Below, one piece after another: positions 48,301 to 61,211 of a DNA stretch of 64,000 bases. The first letter of the stretch is position 1. Every line of letters begins with the position of its first letter. The translations under genes and the position numbers were made by a program. The notes below the pieces were generated by a model. It searched no databases. It worked only from the letters and a program-made list of their open reading frames with translations, and was not told where the DNA came from. Origin of the DNA: Asterias rubens (lineage: Eukaryota); assembly GCF_902459465.1 (NCBI RefSeq), contig NC_047076.1, positions 12,834,001-12,898,000 of the forward strand. Direction: 5' to 3'.

Positions 48301-51300
48301 TCTGTATTTTGTCAAAAATGTAAAGACCATTGAAAACGCACCAGTTAAACATTTTGCTGATTTATTCATCTCCTGCTGCCTCTGGCTCCCTTCCAGTCAT
48401 ACACTTGATATGGAGGACATCCCTAACCATGACAATGCCTCCAAGGCTTTCAAAAACCCAACCTCCCATTGATTGAAGATCTTAAGACTCCTTTGCCCGC
48501 ATCTTCTCTAGTGACACAACTGACAGTCAAAAAGCTTGGATTATTGCGTAATTCAACGAGACACGGTCAATAGAGGTCGCGATTATTTGAAACCAACCAA
48601 ACAGACTCAAGCAATAGGGAAGTCAGGGAACTAGCCACCTCCGGAACAAACTTCTGCGGGGGGTGAGCTCAATTTTCAGGCAGGCGGAAACTTTGTGTTT
48701 GATCCGAGAATAAATACTAAGAAAAAACGGTTAAGAATCGAATGCAAGTGGCAGTGAAGTCGATACCATAGCTGGTTTCAAAAAACGCAAACATGTCTTC
48801 GGCTGTCCGTGTAAATACTTCTAGGAAAAGATTACTGATAAATGTATATGTACATTCATGTGTGTCTTCTAGAAGTCAAGGCGATTTCACAATACAACAG
48901 CTCTGTTAGTTTCTCTACTGGTCCAGTCAGACAATATAACTTAGCCATTACTCTTCATAGCAACTTTGATTAATTTCCATTTATCTCGACCCTAAAGCTG
49001 AGGCTGTTGGGGGAACAGTCTGGTTTCGAATGAGACGGGGAAATGAGAACTGTCATTGTGCATGTTAAAACTATGACAAGATGGTGACACGACATGAGCA
49101 AAGCATCACTTTGTGACCTGAAACTGTGAGGTATCCCAACTTTCTACGTTATGGCACGGGGGTTGAGTTCTACCCCTCATGGTTAGGGCAATCCACCCAC
49201 ACAAACCAAGGTTTAGGATCGCAGAAAAACAGCGGATCAAGTCTCGGATCCTATATGCTCAGTGTATTGTTCCGGCCGGATGGGGCACGTCCGGCACTGA
49301 TTTATGTTACACCCGGACGGATCAATCCGGAGCCCCGGGCTCGTTTCTCTTGTACGACCTTTTAATTCTAGATAATGAAATTAAGACAATGTGCAGAGGT
49401 AGGTCTCTTCCCTTGTGGGTTTATCTGGCCCCGGGTTAAGGGTAGTGGCCAGCTAGGTGTGACCCATAGCCATGAAGCAATTACGGCCCTGCGATCTATA
49501 AGCAACAATCAATAGGGAATATAGGATATACCTTAGTGTGGAATCAAACGAATGGGAATGAACGATGAGCTTGTTTATATAATGATGATAATATTATGCA
49601 TGTTGAGCAATTATCAATCAACCATATGCAATACCTAAACCTAAAACAAGTTTGTTAATTATATATTTCATAATTTATGTAATATTGTATTTTAACACCG
49701 TAAGGCTTTTGGGTATTATGTTTGTTCACCTGTAAGAATGACCGTTGTTGTAAATTGAATGCTTAGTTAAGTAGGCTTACGACTTCGACCCAATTTCGAA
49801 GAGCTGCTTAGCTGTTAAGCAGCTATTGCTGAGAAATTATCTGCTTACCAAAAGTAAGCAGAATACCAGCCACAATTGGTGCATATGTAATGATCCTTAA
49901 GCTGGAAACCTTATTCTGGTAAGCATGATTTTATTGGGCTTAGCTCTCATTTTGTGCTTAAGCAGTTTAAAGAAATTGGACATTCTGCCTACCGCCGAGT
50001 TCTGCGCTTGTGATCACCATTGTTCGAATGCATGGCAGGCGTCGAATTTCTGTGGTACAGTCAAAGGCCTGTAGTGAAGTACACCCGCGGGCTAGCAAAA
50101 ATTCCATGCTTATCATTAAAACGCTTGACGTAAGCGCGCTATTCCCTGTTTTCGAAAGTGTCGCTTAAATGCGCTGAAGGTAAGCAAAGCCTTGGTCGAC
50201 TCTGGCAGTGAATTTCATTCCTTGCGTCATTTCATTAACAGCGAAGAGTTGACGTTTGCTATTTTAATAAGTAAGCTCGATTTTCTACTGATTTGCCATG
50301 TGGACTTCTACCAATTAAACAAACATCAAAGGCTACCTTTTGATCATTGTAATTATGTAGAATACATCCGCTAAGCAAAGTTAATTCTCAATATATCTAC
50401 AAAGACACGTTTCAGTGTCATTGGTTGATATTACGCAAAACGGAGATACCAAAAACGACGCCATTGTGACTGATTGCCACCCTTAGGATTTACATAGAGT
50501 CAATGTAATAACATGCATGGTCTGTTTGTATTCCCTTGTGACATCCATGTTTGTTCGAAGGAGGTCACAGGTATTGTTCACCACCTGCGCCCTACCACCC
50601 TTTACGTCATACCAAGAAACAATATTTACCTGTAACCCAATTAGCTCGACGTTACCCTGAAATTAACTGAAGGGCAAATTACCTAAAGATAGAATTAGCT
50701 CCGTGTTGTATAAAACAAGCAACGGAGTTTATCGTACAGCGAAATTGAATGCGTTTCTAAAGCAAATTAACAGAGGAAGGATGACCATGGGATGACTGAC
50801 TATAGTTTTTAGAGAAATCCCCCTCTGGGGTTGGTTGAAAGGATTGCTAGGTAAAACACAAGGAACGTTGTTTTGACAATCCACCACAAGCACAGTGCAA
50901 AACGTTGAAATAATTATTTAATCATTTGTTATTTTGAAAGGATAACTAAATAACCAACTTCTAGTTTTCAACTACAACAGATAATCCCAACCAACCTAAA
51001 TGGTGATGCTGTTGAGCTGGGAACAATGAAAGTTGTTTTAACACGTATTTTATCTTGTTACAATTGTGGCAAACAAAACAAGAAGTTGCAAATAATTATT
51101 TGAGAGTTTTAAAATGATTCTTCATAAAAAAGAATGTTTGAACCAATTATATTTCTAGCTCCCTGAAAATATCTCTCCTACCTTTTCCAAAACCCTACCT
51201 AAAGGCATGGAGCCTATACATGACGCCTGAAATGCTTCCATGAAAATGCAATCAACAATGTTAGGATGGCGTTATGTTGACTGCGTGAATTAGGTTTTCA

Positions 51301-54300
51301 GTCCCTTCTTTATTAAAGTGCGATTTCCCGGAATAATTCTCTGTGGTGTTCCCCCTACATCTAAAACTGAATTTTGTTTGTCTTCTCTACATGGGGTTAT
51401 TGGCTAGTGACTGAGTACGATTTTCTAAAAAATCCTTGGTCATACAACCAGAATGGAAAGTGAAATGAGTTAGGTATTTCAGAATAAAAATAAAACATTA
51501 ATTTATAAAAACAGAAGGGTAAAGGGAGTAATGCTCAAAAGATATAAGAGCCTTATGGAGTTTCATTTCATTTCATTTCATTTAATTTTATTTGCCAGCA
51601 AACATGAAAAAAACACAAACAAGTATTAAAAAATTGCACATCAAAGATTTACAAGAAAAAGCAATACAATGGTTATAGAAAGAGAACAGCTAAAAATATG
51701 CAAAAACACTAGCAATTTACTGAGAAACCTGGCCTGGCCGCGGGCAGATATAAGGATTGTGTAGGAAACACCTCCAGTGGGGGTGGAACACAAAACACTA
51801 CAGACGAAACAAAAGACAAGAACCCTGGCAGGGAAAGCCAATAGCGACAAAAAGTCACTTTCAAAGTGGCTGACCTTTTGGTTCGGGACAATAACGAGAA
51901 TTAACAAGACACACCCTCAACAGGAGGAATACGTTTTACCCACCAGCCAAGCCAGGCAACTCATATATAAAAGACAAGCAAGAAAAAGAAATAAAGCATT
52001 AAATAAAAAAAAAATAAAAAAAATTAAATGTGGACCTGCCAGCTGATTTCTTTAAAATGCTTTTTGATTCCTCTAACAAAACCAGGAAGGCTAGTTAAAA
52101 GTTGATCCTTAACATGGGAGGGTAAACTGTCAAAGTAGACAGGAAATCTGTTAAAAACAGTAAATTTAAAAGCATCAGTTCTAGCATAAGTATGATAGAA
52201 AATTTAAGAGTGTCAGAATGGCGAGCATTAATTGTAATAAAATTTAAAGGATCAACATAATACACCCTATATAGACACTTGGCAACATAGGCAATGGCAA
52301 AGTAATTATATCTATTCTCCAAAGAGGTAAGCCCAAGCCTTTGAAGGCGTTCATTGTAAGGCAACTCGCCTCTAGGTGCAGGCAGACAAGTACGCGCTAA
52401 GCGCTTTTGAATCTTTTCAAGATCTTTCAGATGACCAGAATTGTGTGGAATCCAAGCTGGAGCCCCGTACTCCAGAGTTTCTACAACAACCTGTTTTGAG
52501 ACGAGCACTCAATGTTTACAGAATTGACGTTAGGAGCTTGGGGTTTTTCTTTGACACTCGGCTCATCGATATTGGGTAATTGATTTATGACCTAATGGGA
52601 CTCCAGTATTTGCGTCAAATATTTACAATCTGAAATGAGGTGGATTAGGTGTGAGAATAAACTAAGTTTAATTGGTCACTGGTGGATTCAAGGAGAATTT
52701 GTGTTATAGGTTGGAGCTATTGCCGCTAGCGGCCATTTTAATTGTTTTACCTCCATTCGTTATAAAACCAGAGCGTATTACTAGTATTGCATACAGGCAA
52801 TCTTGTATGGTTGATTGTAGCAAGTTTATCGTCTAATAACCAGCTTATTTTAATACAGTAATATTAATACAGCACATGTAATGCGCATTTTCCTGTAAAC
52901 CACTCAAATGCACCGGTCTATAGCAGAGTTGCCAAAACTGGGAAAGCAAGCGTGAACAAGTGTGTTTCAGTTTTTGCTGGAAGGGGCTAATGATGTGCAT
53001 TTTGTCTGAGGTCTTGAGGAAGTGAATTCCAGAGTCTTGGTGTTGGAAAAGGCACAATGACTATTTAAAGCTTGACAATAAATTCTTAAGTTACTATGGT
53101 AACACTCTAAACGATAACTAAACAAAAAATAGTATGTAGCAAAATGATCTATTATTTCTGTCTACTCCATCCAGAATTGGGGCTTAACAGTATCACGAAG
53201 TACACGTTTAATACAACAAGTGAGGTGGAGACGAAGTACACGTTATCTACAAAATGTGAGGATGAGAAAAGTAATAAGATGGGTGATCGTCAAACAACTT
53301 CATGTGACACAGCATTGAATTCTCATTCATTTCGGGAGAATGATAGTGTGTATATAGCAGGAGTTGATAAGTGGAACAAGCCATGATTAAACCGTCAATA
53401 CTCAGACGTAATGTGTCATGTCATACCGGTTTCAATTTCAAACGTCTAGACTCAAATTAAAGCTGATTTTCACCACAGCATGGTAACACAAACAAGTGAC
53501 CCAAAATTATCCCCATGATCGGAGGTACGAAATAGGGGAGCACATGTTGCCTAAAACCTACATTCTCAAGAAAAATACACCCAGTGTCGATTTCTATAAC
53601 TTATTATAAGGGCGCAAACGTCTTCGGCTTGGCAAACAATTGGCATGGCGACTGGAAATGTTTAAAGTCCTGAAATATATCACCCTGTTCAAATTTAACG
53701 TTACTCCCAAACAACTCGATGACAGTGGCTTTTATGACTAGAGATATAGGGACGATTTGTTTATAACACATAACCAAGCATGAGTCGTACCCAAACGAGA
53801 TGGGGGAATGACATCAAACAATGTCTGCAAAATGGTTTTACTTGACCTTTTGGTACATCATTTTTCTTCACATTAAATTATACAATGTGGCAACTCATAC
53901 TTAATATCTTTCGAGAAAAGACTGGAAAATGGATTGGAGTATCATTCAGTGATATGAAAAAAATATGTTAACGCTTTCATTGTGAATGAGTTAGATGGGA
54001 CCACGTGGTCCCTCATACAACATTATTAGTGCAGCATCACCACTTTCGGGTTGATGAACCGATGTGGCGGTTTCAACTTTCCGCCATGTTCAGTTTTCCG
54101 AATGACCAAATACGGTAATATAACGTCACAGCAAGCGAAAGTAGTCAGTTGTTATATGCTGTACTGAGTCCCGGAAAACTGAACACGGCGGAAGACTGAA
54201 ACCGCCACACCGGGTAGGGTATAAGGAAGTTGCATATAACGTTTTGTACCATTACAGCCTGTAACACATTCTGTTCATAGCGTTGGTGGTACTTTCAACT

Positions 54301-54622
54301 GCGACTTTTAACAGTGTAATAGACATCCATCAAGGTGCAGCCATCTTGAATTTCTCTCATTGATATCAATATTACCAAACCGAGGATGGAAGAACAAAAA
54401 GGTCTGGTTCCTAACTGCAAGATGATTATTAGCATGCATTGTTGTTATTCGATACCAGGAACATGACCAAGATGAGGCAGCATGCTAGAGGTCAATGAGA
54501 GAGAAGGTTTACTTACCGTCATCTGGTAGACTGTTCTGCATTTCTGCGGCCAGACACTCTTCTAATGAAGCGGCGTACACATTGTACTGATAGAGCGCAT
54601 CTTCACCGTTCATTTCGCAGAC
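20727..54622 (-). CDS. Class B1 secretin-family GPCR, PTH/secretin/glucagon-receptor-like; span of 11 coding exons, signal-peptide exon not found
   Basis: Six-Cys hormone-binding domain, [64 protein letters not shown]; 1758 nt spliced ORF, all phases close. Confidence 0.95.
21877..22015 (-). CDS. GPCR TM6-ECL3-TM7 exon ([19 protein letters not shown]...ELGLSSFQ)
   Basis: KSTLxLxPLFG motif; CAG/GTGAG donor; phase 2 to 0. Confidence 0.96.
22657..23385. repeat. 43 bp minisatellite (about 16 units) with a 5-unit (214-215 bp) higher-order duplication
   Basis: Unit AACCAGCCAATCCTATTGGACATGGACCACCAACATGCCATGT; variant series repeats at 22848 and 23063. Confidence 0.93.
24570..24740 (-). mobile_element. 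tRNA-headed SINE-like fragment (homologue at about 16590-16750)
   Basis: A box TGGTCGAGTGG and B box GGTTCGAATCC on the minus strand; no closed cloverleaf. Confidence 0.6.
25551..25636 (-). CDS. GPCR TM5-ICL3 exon ([29 protein letters not shown])
   Basis: NFxxFxNIxRVLxxKL motif; phase 0 to 2. Confidence 0.95.
25777..26038. mobile_element. Second copy of the same MITE, carrying a nested TA-flanked 129 bp hairpin element (25836-25964)
   Basis: Same TIRs; nested arms CGGCTACAGCTACGGCTAGATC / GATCTAGCCGTAGCTGTAGCCG. Confidence 0.78.
26065..26137 (-). CDS. GPCR ECL2-TM5 exon ([24 protein letters not shown])
   Basis: CW...WIIxxP motif; GTGAGT donor; phase 2 to 0. Confidence 0.95.
26703..26763 (-). 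CDS. GPCR TM4 exon ([20 protein letters not shown])
   Basis: GWGxP...PW motif; phase 1 to 2. Confidence 0.92.
27997..28165 (-). CDS. GPCR TM3-ICL2 exon ([34 protein letters not shown]...IILGWG)
   Basis: NYYWLLVEG motif; phase 0 to 1. Confidence 0.95.
28756..28930 (-). CDS. GPCR ICL1-TM2-ECL1 exon ([21 protein letters not shown]...[10 protein letters not shown])
   Basis: Class B family signature; phase 2 to 0. Confidence 0.96.
29727..29824 (-). CDS. GPCR TM1 exon ([33 protein letters not shown])
   Basis: YxxGYSxS TM1 motif; an alternative in-frame acceptor would start the exon at 29809. Confidence 0.92.
29857..30183. mobile_element. Family A truncated copy, about 30 bp from the TM1 exon acceptor
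   Basis: TTAA-AGACATTGAACACTATTGG start, internal homology. Confidence 0.8.
30483..30577 (-). CDS. GPCR ectodomain exon ([32 protein letters not shown])
   Basis: CxxNG..W.NYTxC motif; donor GTACGC is weak, so the 3' edge is less certain. Confidence 0.85.
31172..31535. mobile_element. Family A copy
   Basis: TTAA flanks, degenerate TIRs. Confidence 0.8.
31733..31843 (-). CDS. GPCR ectodomain exon ([36 protein letters not shown])
   Basis: CxxxWDxxxCW..PCP signature; phase 1 to 1. Confidence 0.95.
33986..34227. mobile_element. PIF/Harbinger-like MITE family E with TTA target-site duplication
   Basis: TTA-GGGTGCGTTCGTTTAGCTTCCCTGGGTCGACC ... GGTCGACCCAGGGAAGCTAAACGAACGCACCC-TTA. Confidence 0.88.
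36062..36294. mobile_element. CTGGGCCCAATTT-terminal MITE family H (relatives at about 10042-10288, 49785-50195, 55479-55990)
   Basis: TIR CTGGGCCCAATTTGATGGCTCTG / CAGAGCCATGAAATTGGGCC; GCTTAC/GTAAGC subrepeats. Confidence 0.78.
36899..37266. mobile_element. Family A copy
   Basis: TTAA flanks and TIRs. Confidence 0.82.
41297..41517. repeat. 110 bp tandem duplication
   Basis: Units start at 41297 and 41407, few differences. Confidence 0.9.
44676..45210. mobile_element. Old family A copy with internal duplication (further fragment at about 43982-44170)
   Basis: Body homology seen twice; right TIR-like AATAGTGTCCGATGCCTTTA. Confidence 0.6.
45550..46020. repeat. Tandem TTAA-delimited units, about 238 bp period
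   Basis: TTAAAGCC.CACATTCAA.TCGATATTTTCGGAACCTTTGAAGAC at 45654 and 45892. Confidence 0.7.
46481..46648. repeat. About 70 bp direct repeat, 97 bp period
   Basis: TTTAATTTCC.AGGCGGGTATT..GTAAAA..GTTTGCTGACATCGCT twice. Confidence 0.8.
51561..52508 (-). mobile_element. 5'-truncated CR1/L2-group LINE: ORF2 C-terminus, 3' UTR and (AAATG)n tail
   Basis: [10 protein letters not shown]...LEKIQKR...[16 protein letters not shown], frameshift near 52190, then [19 protein letters not shown] to stop at 52024; TTTCA repeats at about 51561-51585. Confidence 0.85.
54517..54622 (-). CDS. GPCR ectodomain helix exon ([36 protein letters not shown])
   Basis: CAG acceptor, G/GTAAG phase-1 donor; supplies the first ectodomain Cys (EECL) missing from downstream exons; joins 31843 in frame over a 22.7 kb intron. 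Confidence 0.8.
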
Positions 54623-56878
54623 CTGTTCAAGAATAAAAACATCGTTATAAGCGACTTATATTAATGCTTTAAACCTAAGTCACTGATACAGAATATTGCC
54701 AGTCAAAACTGTCTCTATCATTTTTTACAGGCACTGAGCAGGGTCTCCCTATATGGTGATTTGTCACCCACAAGACAATGACAATAAAACTTATTTGTTG
54801 AGGAGCACTGAAAAGCCACAATATCTAAGAAAAGCTTCAAGCATGAAGCATCTTTTTAGGCATCTATAAGAAAGCACACAGTTATAAGAGATGTTAAATT
54901 TGCACCGGGGATAAATAATATTAATTTTGTTTATTACCCATACACCGATGTGTGTTAGCACTGTATACTCAGTACTTTCCCGAGTCATGTGAACAAATAT
55001 CACAGGCATGCTACTCGGAAGCACACAGTGTTCTTTTTCCGGTATTCTCTAGTGCAACTTCGATGACAAAGTACGCCCAAATTTCGACAGGTTTGTTATT
55101 ACATGCAGATTTTCGGATGACACAAAGTGAGGATACATGTCTTTATACCTTACCAAAATTATCCCCATGTCTTTAATAAATATTGCAATACTAATTATGC
55201 CAAGTTTATGAGTATTGCTTTTATGATGAATCACTTAACTGACAATGACTCGTATACACCGGCTGGACTACAAGCCGAAGGGCAGACAGTGTAATGGTGT
55301 AACTTTCCCCAAATACACAGCCTACCTCATTAATCGATCAGACAAGAAACCCATTAACCTTTCAGGGAACGTCGCACCATCGTTCATGGCGAATGTTACC
55401 AATTTCCGCTACTCTGACAAGATAATGGACCAAAACATACAAGTCCTTTCACAGTCCACTCGTTTAATCTCAACAGATCTGGGTTCAATTTCATGAAGCT
55501 GCTTAGGCAGAAAATACTAATTAAAAATGTTACGCTTAGGAACAAACTGATAACAGTAAACTTGCGGGTACAACCATTGTGTAATCTCTTTTGTGGGAGG
55601 TTGGCTCCGAAAATACTTGGTGTGGTCTCGACGTTTCGAACAGTATACTCTGCTAGTCTGTTATTTTATGCTTAGCACAATGAGCAGGATACCAGTAACA
55701 AATTGTACATGCATATTGGTAGTTTGGTTGGTAACCCTGTTCTGGTATGCTGCACTTAGCTACTTTTTATGATCGCAGGTCTATGAAATTGGGCCCTGGA
55801 TCCAAAATCATAGAACGTTTAAGCAGTGATTAACATTGCTTAAGAATTTTAAGCTTAGCATAATGAACAGGAGACCATGCAGTCACAAACTGTACATTGT
55901 GACACGGTATGTTGGTTGGTACAACCTTTCTGATAAGCATAGTTATGTTACGCTTAGCTATTTTTTGTGCTGTTCACTTCCCGGTGATTTGTCATCAAAC
56001 AGACCGTATGCCACAAATCATTTTTTGAGTATCACGCCAGAAACCCCTGAATTACGAACTTCCACACCAGTCTCCTTTTTCCTCATCCATAAATTATTGT
56101 TTCTCACTTGGAAACGCCAAGCCAGGCTGTATTGGGGCTAATAGATTGCTGATAAATGAACTGAATTCACCTAATTGAATTGAGAACTGCAATTCGGCGC
56201 CCGTTTCCCGCTCAGATCAGCATAAATGCTGCCACAACGGAGGGCAATACCTGTTTAAAATTTCACGCCTAGGATTCGGCGATCCTCGTTGCAATCTGAC
56301 TAATCTTTCCACCACGGGACCGTACGAGTTTTTACTTTCCCTCTCTCACCGCATCCCTGAGCCTGATCAACAAATTATTCAGTTAAACTGGCCTTTTTAC
56401 ACTGGGAGGCCATATGGGACTTCCACTGGTTGACTATAACCAAATCCCCTTAGGGAAGCCTATTGATTGGCTACGGTGAAATTCCCCCAACAAGAATATG
56501 GTATGTCTCCTTTGGCACTCCATACCACTGCGGGGAATCATTGCGTACGCGCAGAAGCAATTTTGTGGTATTAGTTTTCTTCTTCTACCATGCTAGAGGT
56601 GACCCATACGTCAACAGCATTTAGTCACGGAAACAAGTGAACCAAATCAAATCCTATGTTTGTTTATATTTAAGGGAATAAATTGGATTCATTAAGAGGC
56701 GATACATTTCAAACAGAACGCTCTGCTCGTTTTCATGAAACTGCTGGATTCAAATCTGTAGAGAGGGTTTAAGTGGTTGAGTTTTGATCAATGAAGCTTC
56801 CCGTGACAACTTTTGCAAAGAGTGATCAAATTAATAATTTTATTAACCACTAAATTATTTTGAATTCGAGTCTATATA

Positions 56879-57038
56879 GGCCCTTTTCGAAACCACGACT
56901 TCGGCTCCAGTTTCGGCTCAGGCTAGGTGGCCAGGCGGTTGTTCTGACATTGCGCGTGCTTTGCATATACCCAGGGCTTCAGACGAGAGGGAGCCTGAAG
57001 CCAAATCAAAAGCCGAAGCTGTGGTTTCGAAAAGGGCT
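56879..57038. mobile_element. TA-flanked MITE, related to the 25836-25964 element
   Basis: GGCCCTTTTCGAAACCAC..TTCGGCT / AGCCGAA..GTGGTTTCGAAAAGGGCT. Confidence 0.8.
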
Positions 57039-58076
57039 TATGATAACTTAAATGATGATGCAACATCTTTCAACAAAAAGTGAAGAATATAACGCATTGC
57101 AATGGCGGACTTCACTAAGTGTAAGGTGACACAATAAGCACACCATCCCTACCCTCTGTCAACATATTGTGACAAACACATGTACTTCGTTATTGTTAAC
57201 AAGCACACTGTCCTCCATTCGTATACACAATAACCAACAGAAAATGCAGCATACACAGGAACAAGCCTTTGACAATTCAAGGTAATGGGCCTTAATTAGA
57301 CAGTACACGCGGCACACCGGCGCCATCTTGTCGCTAATGTCGTATAGGCTCCGACCCTGTGCTCTTGTATACAATCACTAACTGTCCTGGTTTATTATGC
57401 TACCGGTACACACGACAACACTTTCCAATCATGTAGGTTGGTTATAAAACGTGGAAACTTATAAGGCCGTTCGTTAATTGATGGCTCCGTCAGTGGCTAT
57501 GCCTGGAAAGCCAATGGTCATACCCGGGCCCATATCAGTAGCCAAAGTCGCTGACCAAAGACCTTTTGCATTGGCCGCCATTTTTAATGTCAAACAATCA
57601 TGGAAACACGCACGCGTGTAGGCCTAGGCGCTGCGTACACCACTCTCTGCAAAGGATAGTTCCTCATTGATCGTGTGACGTCATACAAGGGATCTAGCGT
57701 CCGAAAAATGCATATTATAGGGGGCCACTGTGAAAGAAAAACGCTTTTCACTTATACAGTTTGTTTGTATGCTCACTGTGGTTTATAAGAATGAGATATT
57801 TTGTTTTTATTTAAAGCAGCCAAAATTTCAAATTGTTCCAAATCCACGCTACCAAATTGTGACTTCGAGATGAGTTTAGTCCCCAAGAACTCTTAAGGGA
57901 AATGACACATGAGAAGGTAACCTGATGAAAGATGTTGGCAGAAATGTAATAACAAGTCGACTATCTGTGACCATGTTTCTATATCTTAAACTTTCTTTTT
58001 ACAGCCGATCAAACAACTGCATGTTTATAAATATACCATGTAATATCAAGATTAATTTTCATGTATTTATAAGCAG

Positions 58077-58148
58077 CGGCAATATTTGTTGAATTAGAGT
58101 AATTGATGTCAACGGCAATATTTGTTGAATTAGAGTAATTGATGTCAA
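58077..58148. repeat. 36 bp tandem duplication
   Basis: CGGCAATATTTGTTGAATTAGAGTAATTGATGTCAA twice. Confidence 0.9.
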
Positions 58149-58282
58149 ACAAGTCTTTAGCATTACTGGTTCAGTGACTGATGTTATTCATGGGTTGCAC
58201 TTGATATCTGTCTATACAACGTTTTTATAATCCTTTATGCGTCACAGTGAGTTATGGGACTCATCGGTCACCAGACATAGAA

Positions 58283-58660
58283 TTGAAGACACTGGACACC
58301 TTTGGTAATTGTCAAAAACCAGTCCTCTCACCTGGTGTATCTCAGCTTATTATGCAGAAAATCTCAAACCTGTAAAAATTTGAGCTCAATCGGTCGCTGA
58401 AGTTGCGAGACAATAGTGAAAAAAAAAACACAATTGTCACACGAGGTTTTGTGCTTTCAGATGCTTGATTTCGAGACCTCAAATTCTTAATCTGGGGTCC
58501 CGAAATCAATAACCTTTTTCTCTCGAAAACTACGTTACTTGAGGGAGCCGTCCCCCCCCCCCTTTTTTTTATATACTATAAACAGCTTTACATTGCTTGT
58601 TACCAAGTGAGGTTTATGCTAACAATTATTTTGAGTAATTACGTAGTGTCCACTGCCTTA
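58283..58660. mobile_element. Family A copy
   Basis: TIR and body homology. Confidence 0.78.
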
Positions 58661-58944
58661 GACAGGTCGATCTGAGACGGAAAGGGAAACTCAGAGAGAA
58701 GATGAATGTCGCACCGTGCTTTGTTGATGATCAATACTCTACATTTTGGGTTAATTGTTAAACTTCTGGCAATGAAATGCACTTTATTAATTGCTGTGAA
58801 GGTGTAGTGATAAGTGTTTCTAGATCGTTGAGGAGAGTCTCTTCCATAGGAATCAATCACAAACCTTATTCATGAAGGGTGAAACTTCGGCACAGTTTCG
58901 ATCATGTGTTTTTTTGTGCAGAAACCCGATTGAGCAACGTTCTA

Positions 58945-59282
58945 TTAAAGGCACAAAGACACCTTTTGTCAATGTGAAAAAAAAACTAATCTTACTTGGT
59001 GTATCCTAACATATGAGTACACTAACAAATCTGTGATTATTTTGACTTATCGGTCATCCAAGAGAACGACAGAAAAAAACTCTGTAAAGAAGGCTTCAGG
59101 TATGACTTCTCAAATTATTTAAGTGAGAAAGTACCTCTTTCTCAAAAAACTACATTACCTCAGAGAGAGCCGTTTGTCAAAACGTTTTTATTTTATCAAC
59201 AGCTCTCCATTGCTCATAACCAATGTAGTTTTGATGGTAGCAATTATTTGGAGCAGTTACCAAAAGTGTCCAGTGCCTTTAA
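58945..59282. mobile_element. Family A diverged copy
   Basis: TTAA flanks; ends AGTGTCCAGTGCCTTTAA. Confidence 0.72.
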
Positions 59283-60831
59283 ATGAGCGAGCGGGTAACA
59301 TTACGTGCTGGGGTACCAATGCCAGGGTAGGAAAAATCGATTCTTAAAAATCGAATCGCCACCATCGATACTCATTAAAACGGCCTCCAAGGATATTAAA
59401 AAGATGGAAATTGATGGAGTTTGGGCGTCTATAGGAAAAGGTGTTGTCTATCATTTCGGGTTCAAACGTCCATAATAGTGTTTTGACATTGGGCGGGGGA
59501 CAGTTATATGGTTTACTGCTCCGGAAGATTTCATAGATTGAATTTTGAAATGCTCACCTTTCTATGCAAGTTCGCCCCAAGAAAGGCTACAAGCCACTCT
59601 TTGTAAGGGGCTATAAGAATAAATATTATTAAATGAAAGAAATAACTCGGAGGGGCTGAATAAATGAGTTGATATTCCTCTTAACATAATCTAGATTGTA
59701 GGATGGAAGGAAACAAGATATATGTTGATAAATGTTATAGAAAACACAACAAAGCTTAGAAAAAACTAAGGATATGAGTTGCAGCTTATCAATGAATTTT
59801 CCACATGTTCTTTGACAAAATTTGATTTAGTTGTGGCAAATGAATGACAAATGAATGAGAAGTATTACTTATGGTTTTCAAGTGTAGATATATTCTAAGA
59901 ACGTTGTTGTAATTCAACTTTTTTGTTGTTGCTTTTAATAATGTTTTTAACGACTGTCAGTTATGTCGCAGTTTAGAGGCATGTTACGGAGAACATCAAT
60001 AATCCACTTTTTTTTTTTAAGACTGGAGGCATTTCAAAAATATTAAGTTAAAGTCATATCTATTTAAATCAACCGATTGCTAAAACGTCTAAATCTAACA
60101 AACGGAATTCTATATCACCAACTTGGCCTAGATGAATTCTCCATTTCTTTAATCCTTTAAAAGGTTTGGCATAGATATGACTTTATGGGGATTAGCTCTT
60201 TACATAACGGTTATTTGATAACTGGGAACGGATGCAGTAAACATGTCTTAAACCTTTTATAAGTCAAGATGTGCTGAAATTGATGCCTTTGACTTGGAAA
60301 CCTATTTACGTGTAAAATAAAACACCTAACATTTATCTTCTCCTGATAAAGCATTTTGCCAACCTCTGAGTCTGTTTCGCGATCGAGATTGCAAGATTAA
60401 GTGTTTGTTTCATTGAACATGACAATTTACTTCCCTCAAACCATTGAGAAATGTAGGCACCAGATAGACTGAAGGCCGACTATATTTCACACGTTACAGG
60501 GCTATGAAGAGGTAAAGAGTCGCTTGTGTCATTCAGGATATTAACCCTTTTATTACTTGCTGCCCTGCACCTAGGAGTGAAAATTTTCACGTTTGGTCTG
60601 TTCTTTTTAATACTCGAATTTCACGGCAATAACATATTGTTTAAGCACAGGTTGCAGGCACCATTGCTACTAGATACATATTTGCTTCTCTACAAATAGG
60701 AGAAAAATTTCGGCTTTTGATCGGCCTGCAGCCATAGATTTGAAATATGAAGCTGGATTACCTTTAATATTATGATTTAAGTTTTCTATGAACCAAATAT
60801 TGCATCCTTCTGCACACAGGTATACATTACT

Positions 60832-61211
60832 TTAAAGGGTCTATGTACTTTTTGTAGGACAACAAAAAACAATGTCCACAGATTGACATTACACTTACAC
60901 AGTTTTAAGATAATGATGGTGGAAAGCTTCACTGAAAATATTACTTGCCGAGGTGCTGTAGTTTTTGATAAATGAGTAAAACAATGTCATGTAAATAATT
61001 TTAATCTTAGTGATTATGAGACGAAAATTATTTTAGCATGTAAAAATGTCTTTTCATGATATTATTTAACTCATTTCTCAAAAACTACAGCACCTCAGCA
61101 AGTAATATTTTCAGGGAAGCTTTATCATATCATTATCTTCAAACGGTGTAAGTTTAATGTAAACCTGTGGACATTGTATTTTGTGTTACAAAAAGTACCC
61201 AAATCCTTTAA
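60832..61211. mobile_element. TTAA-flanked, largely palindromic MITE family B (fragments at about 533-690 and 62185-62350)
   Basis: TTAAAGG...CCTTTAA with about 150 bp inverted arms (GAGGTGCTGTAG / CTACAGCACCTC). Confidence 0.85.
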
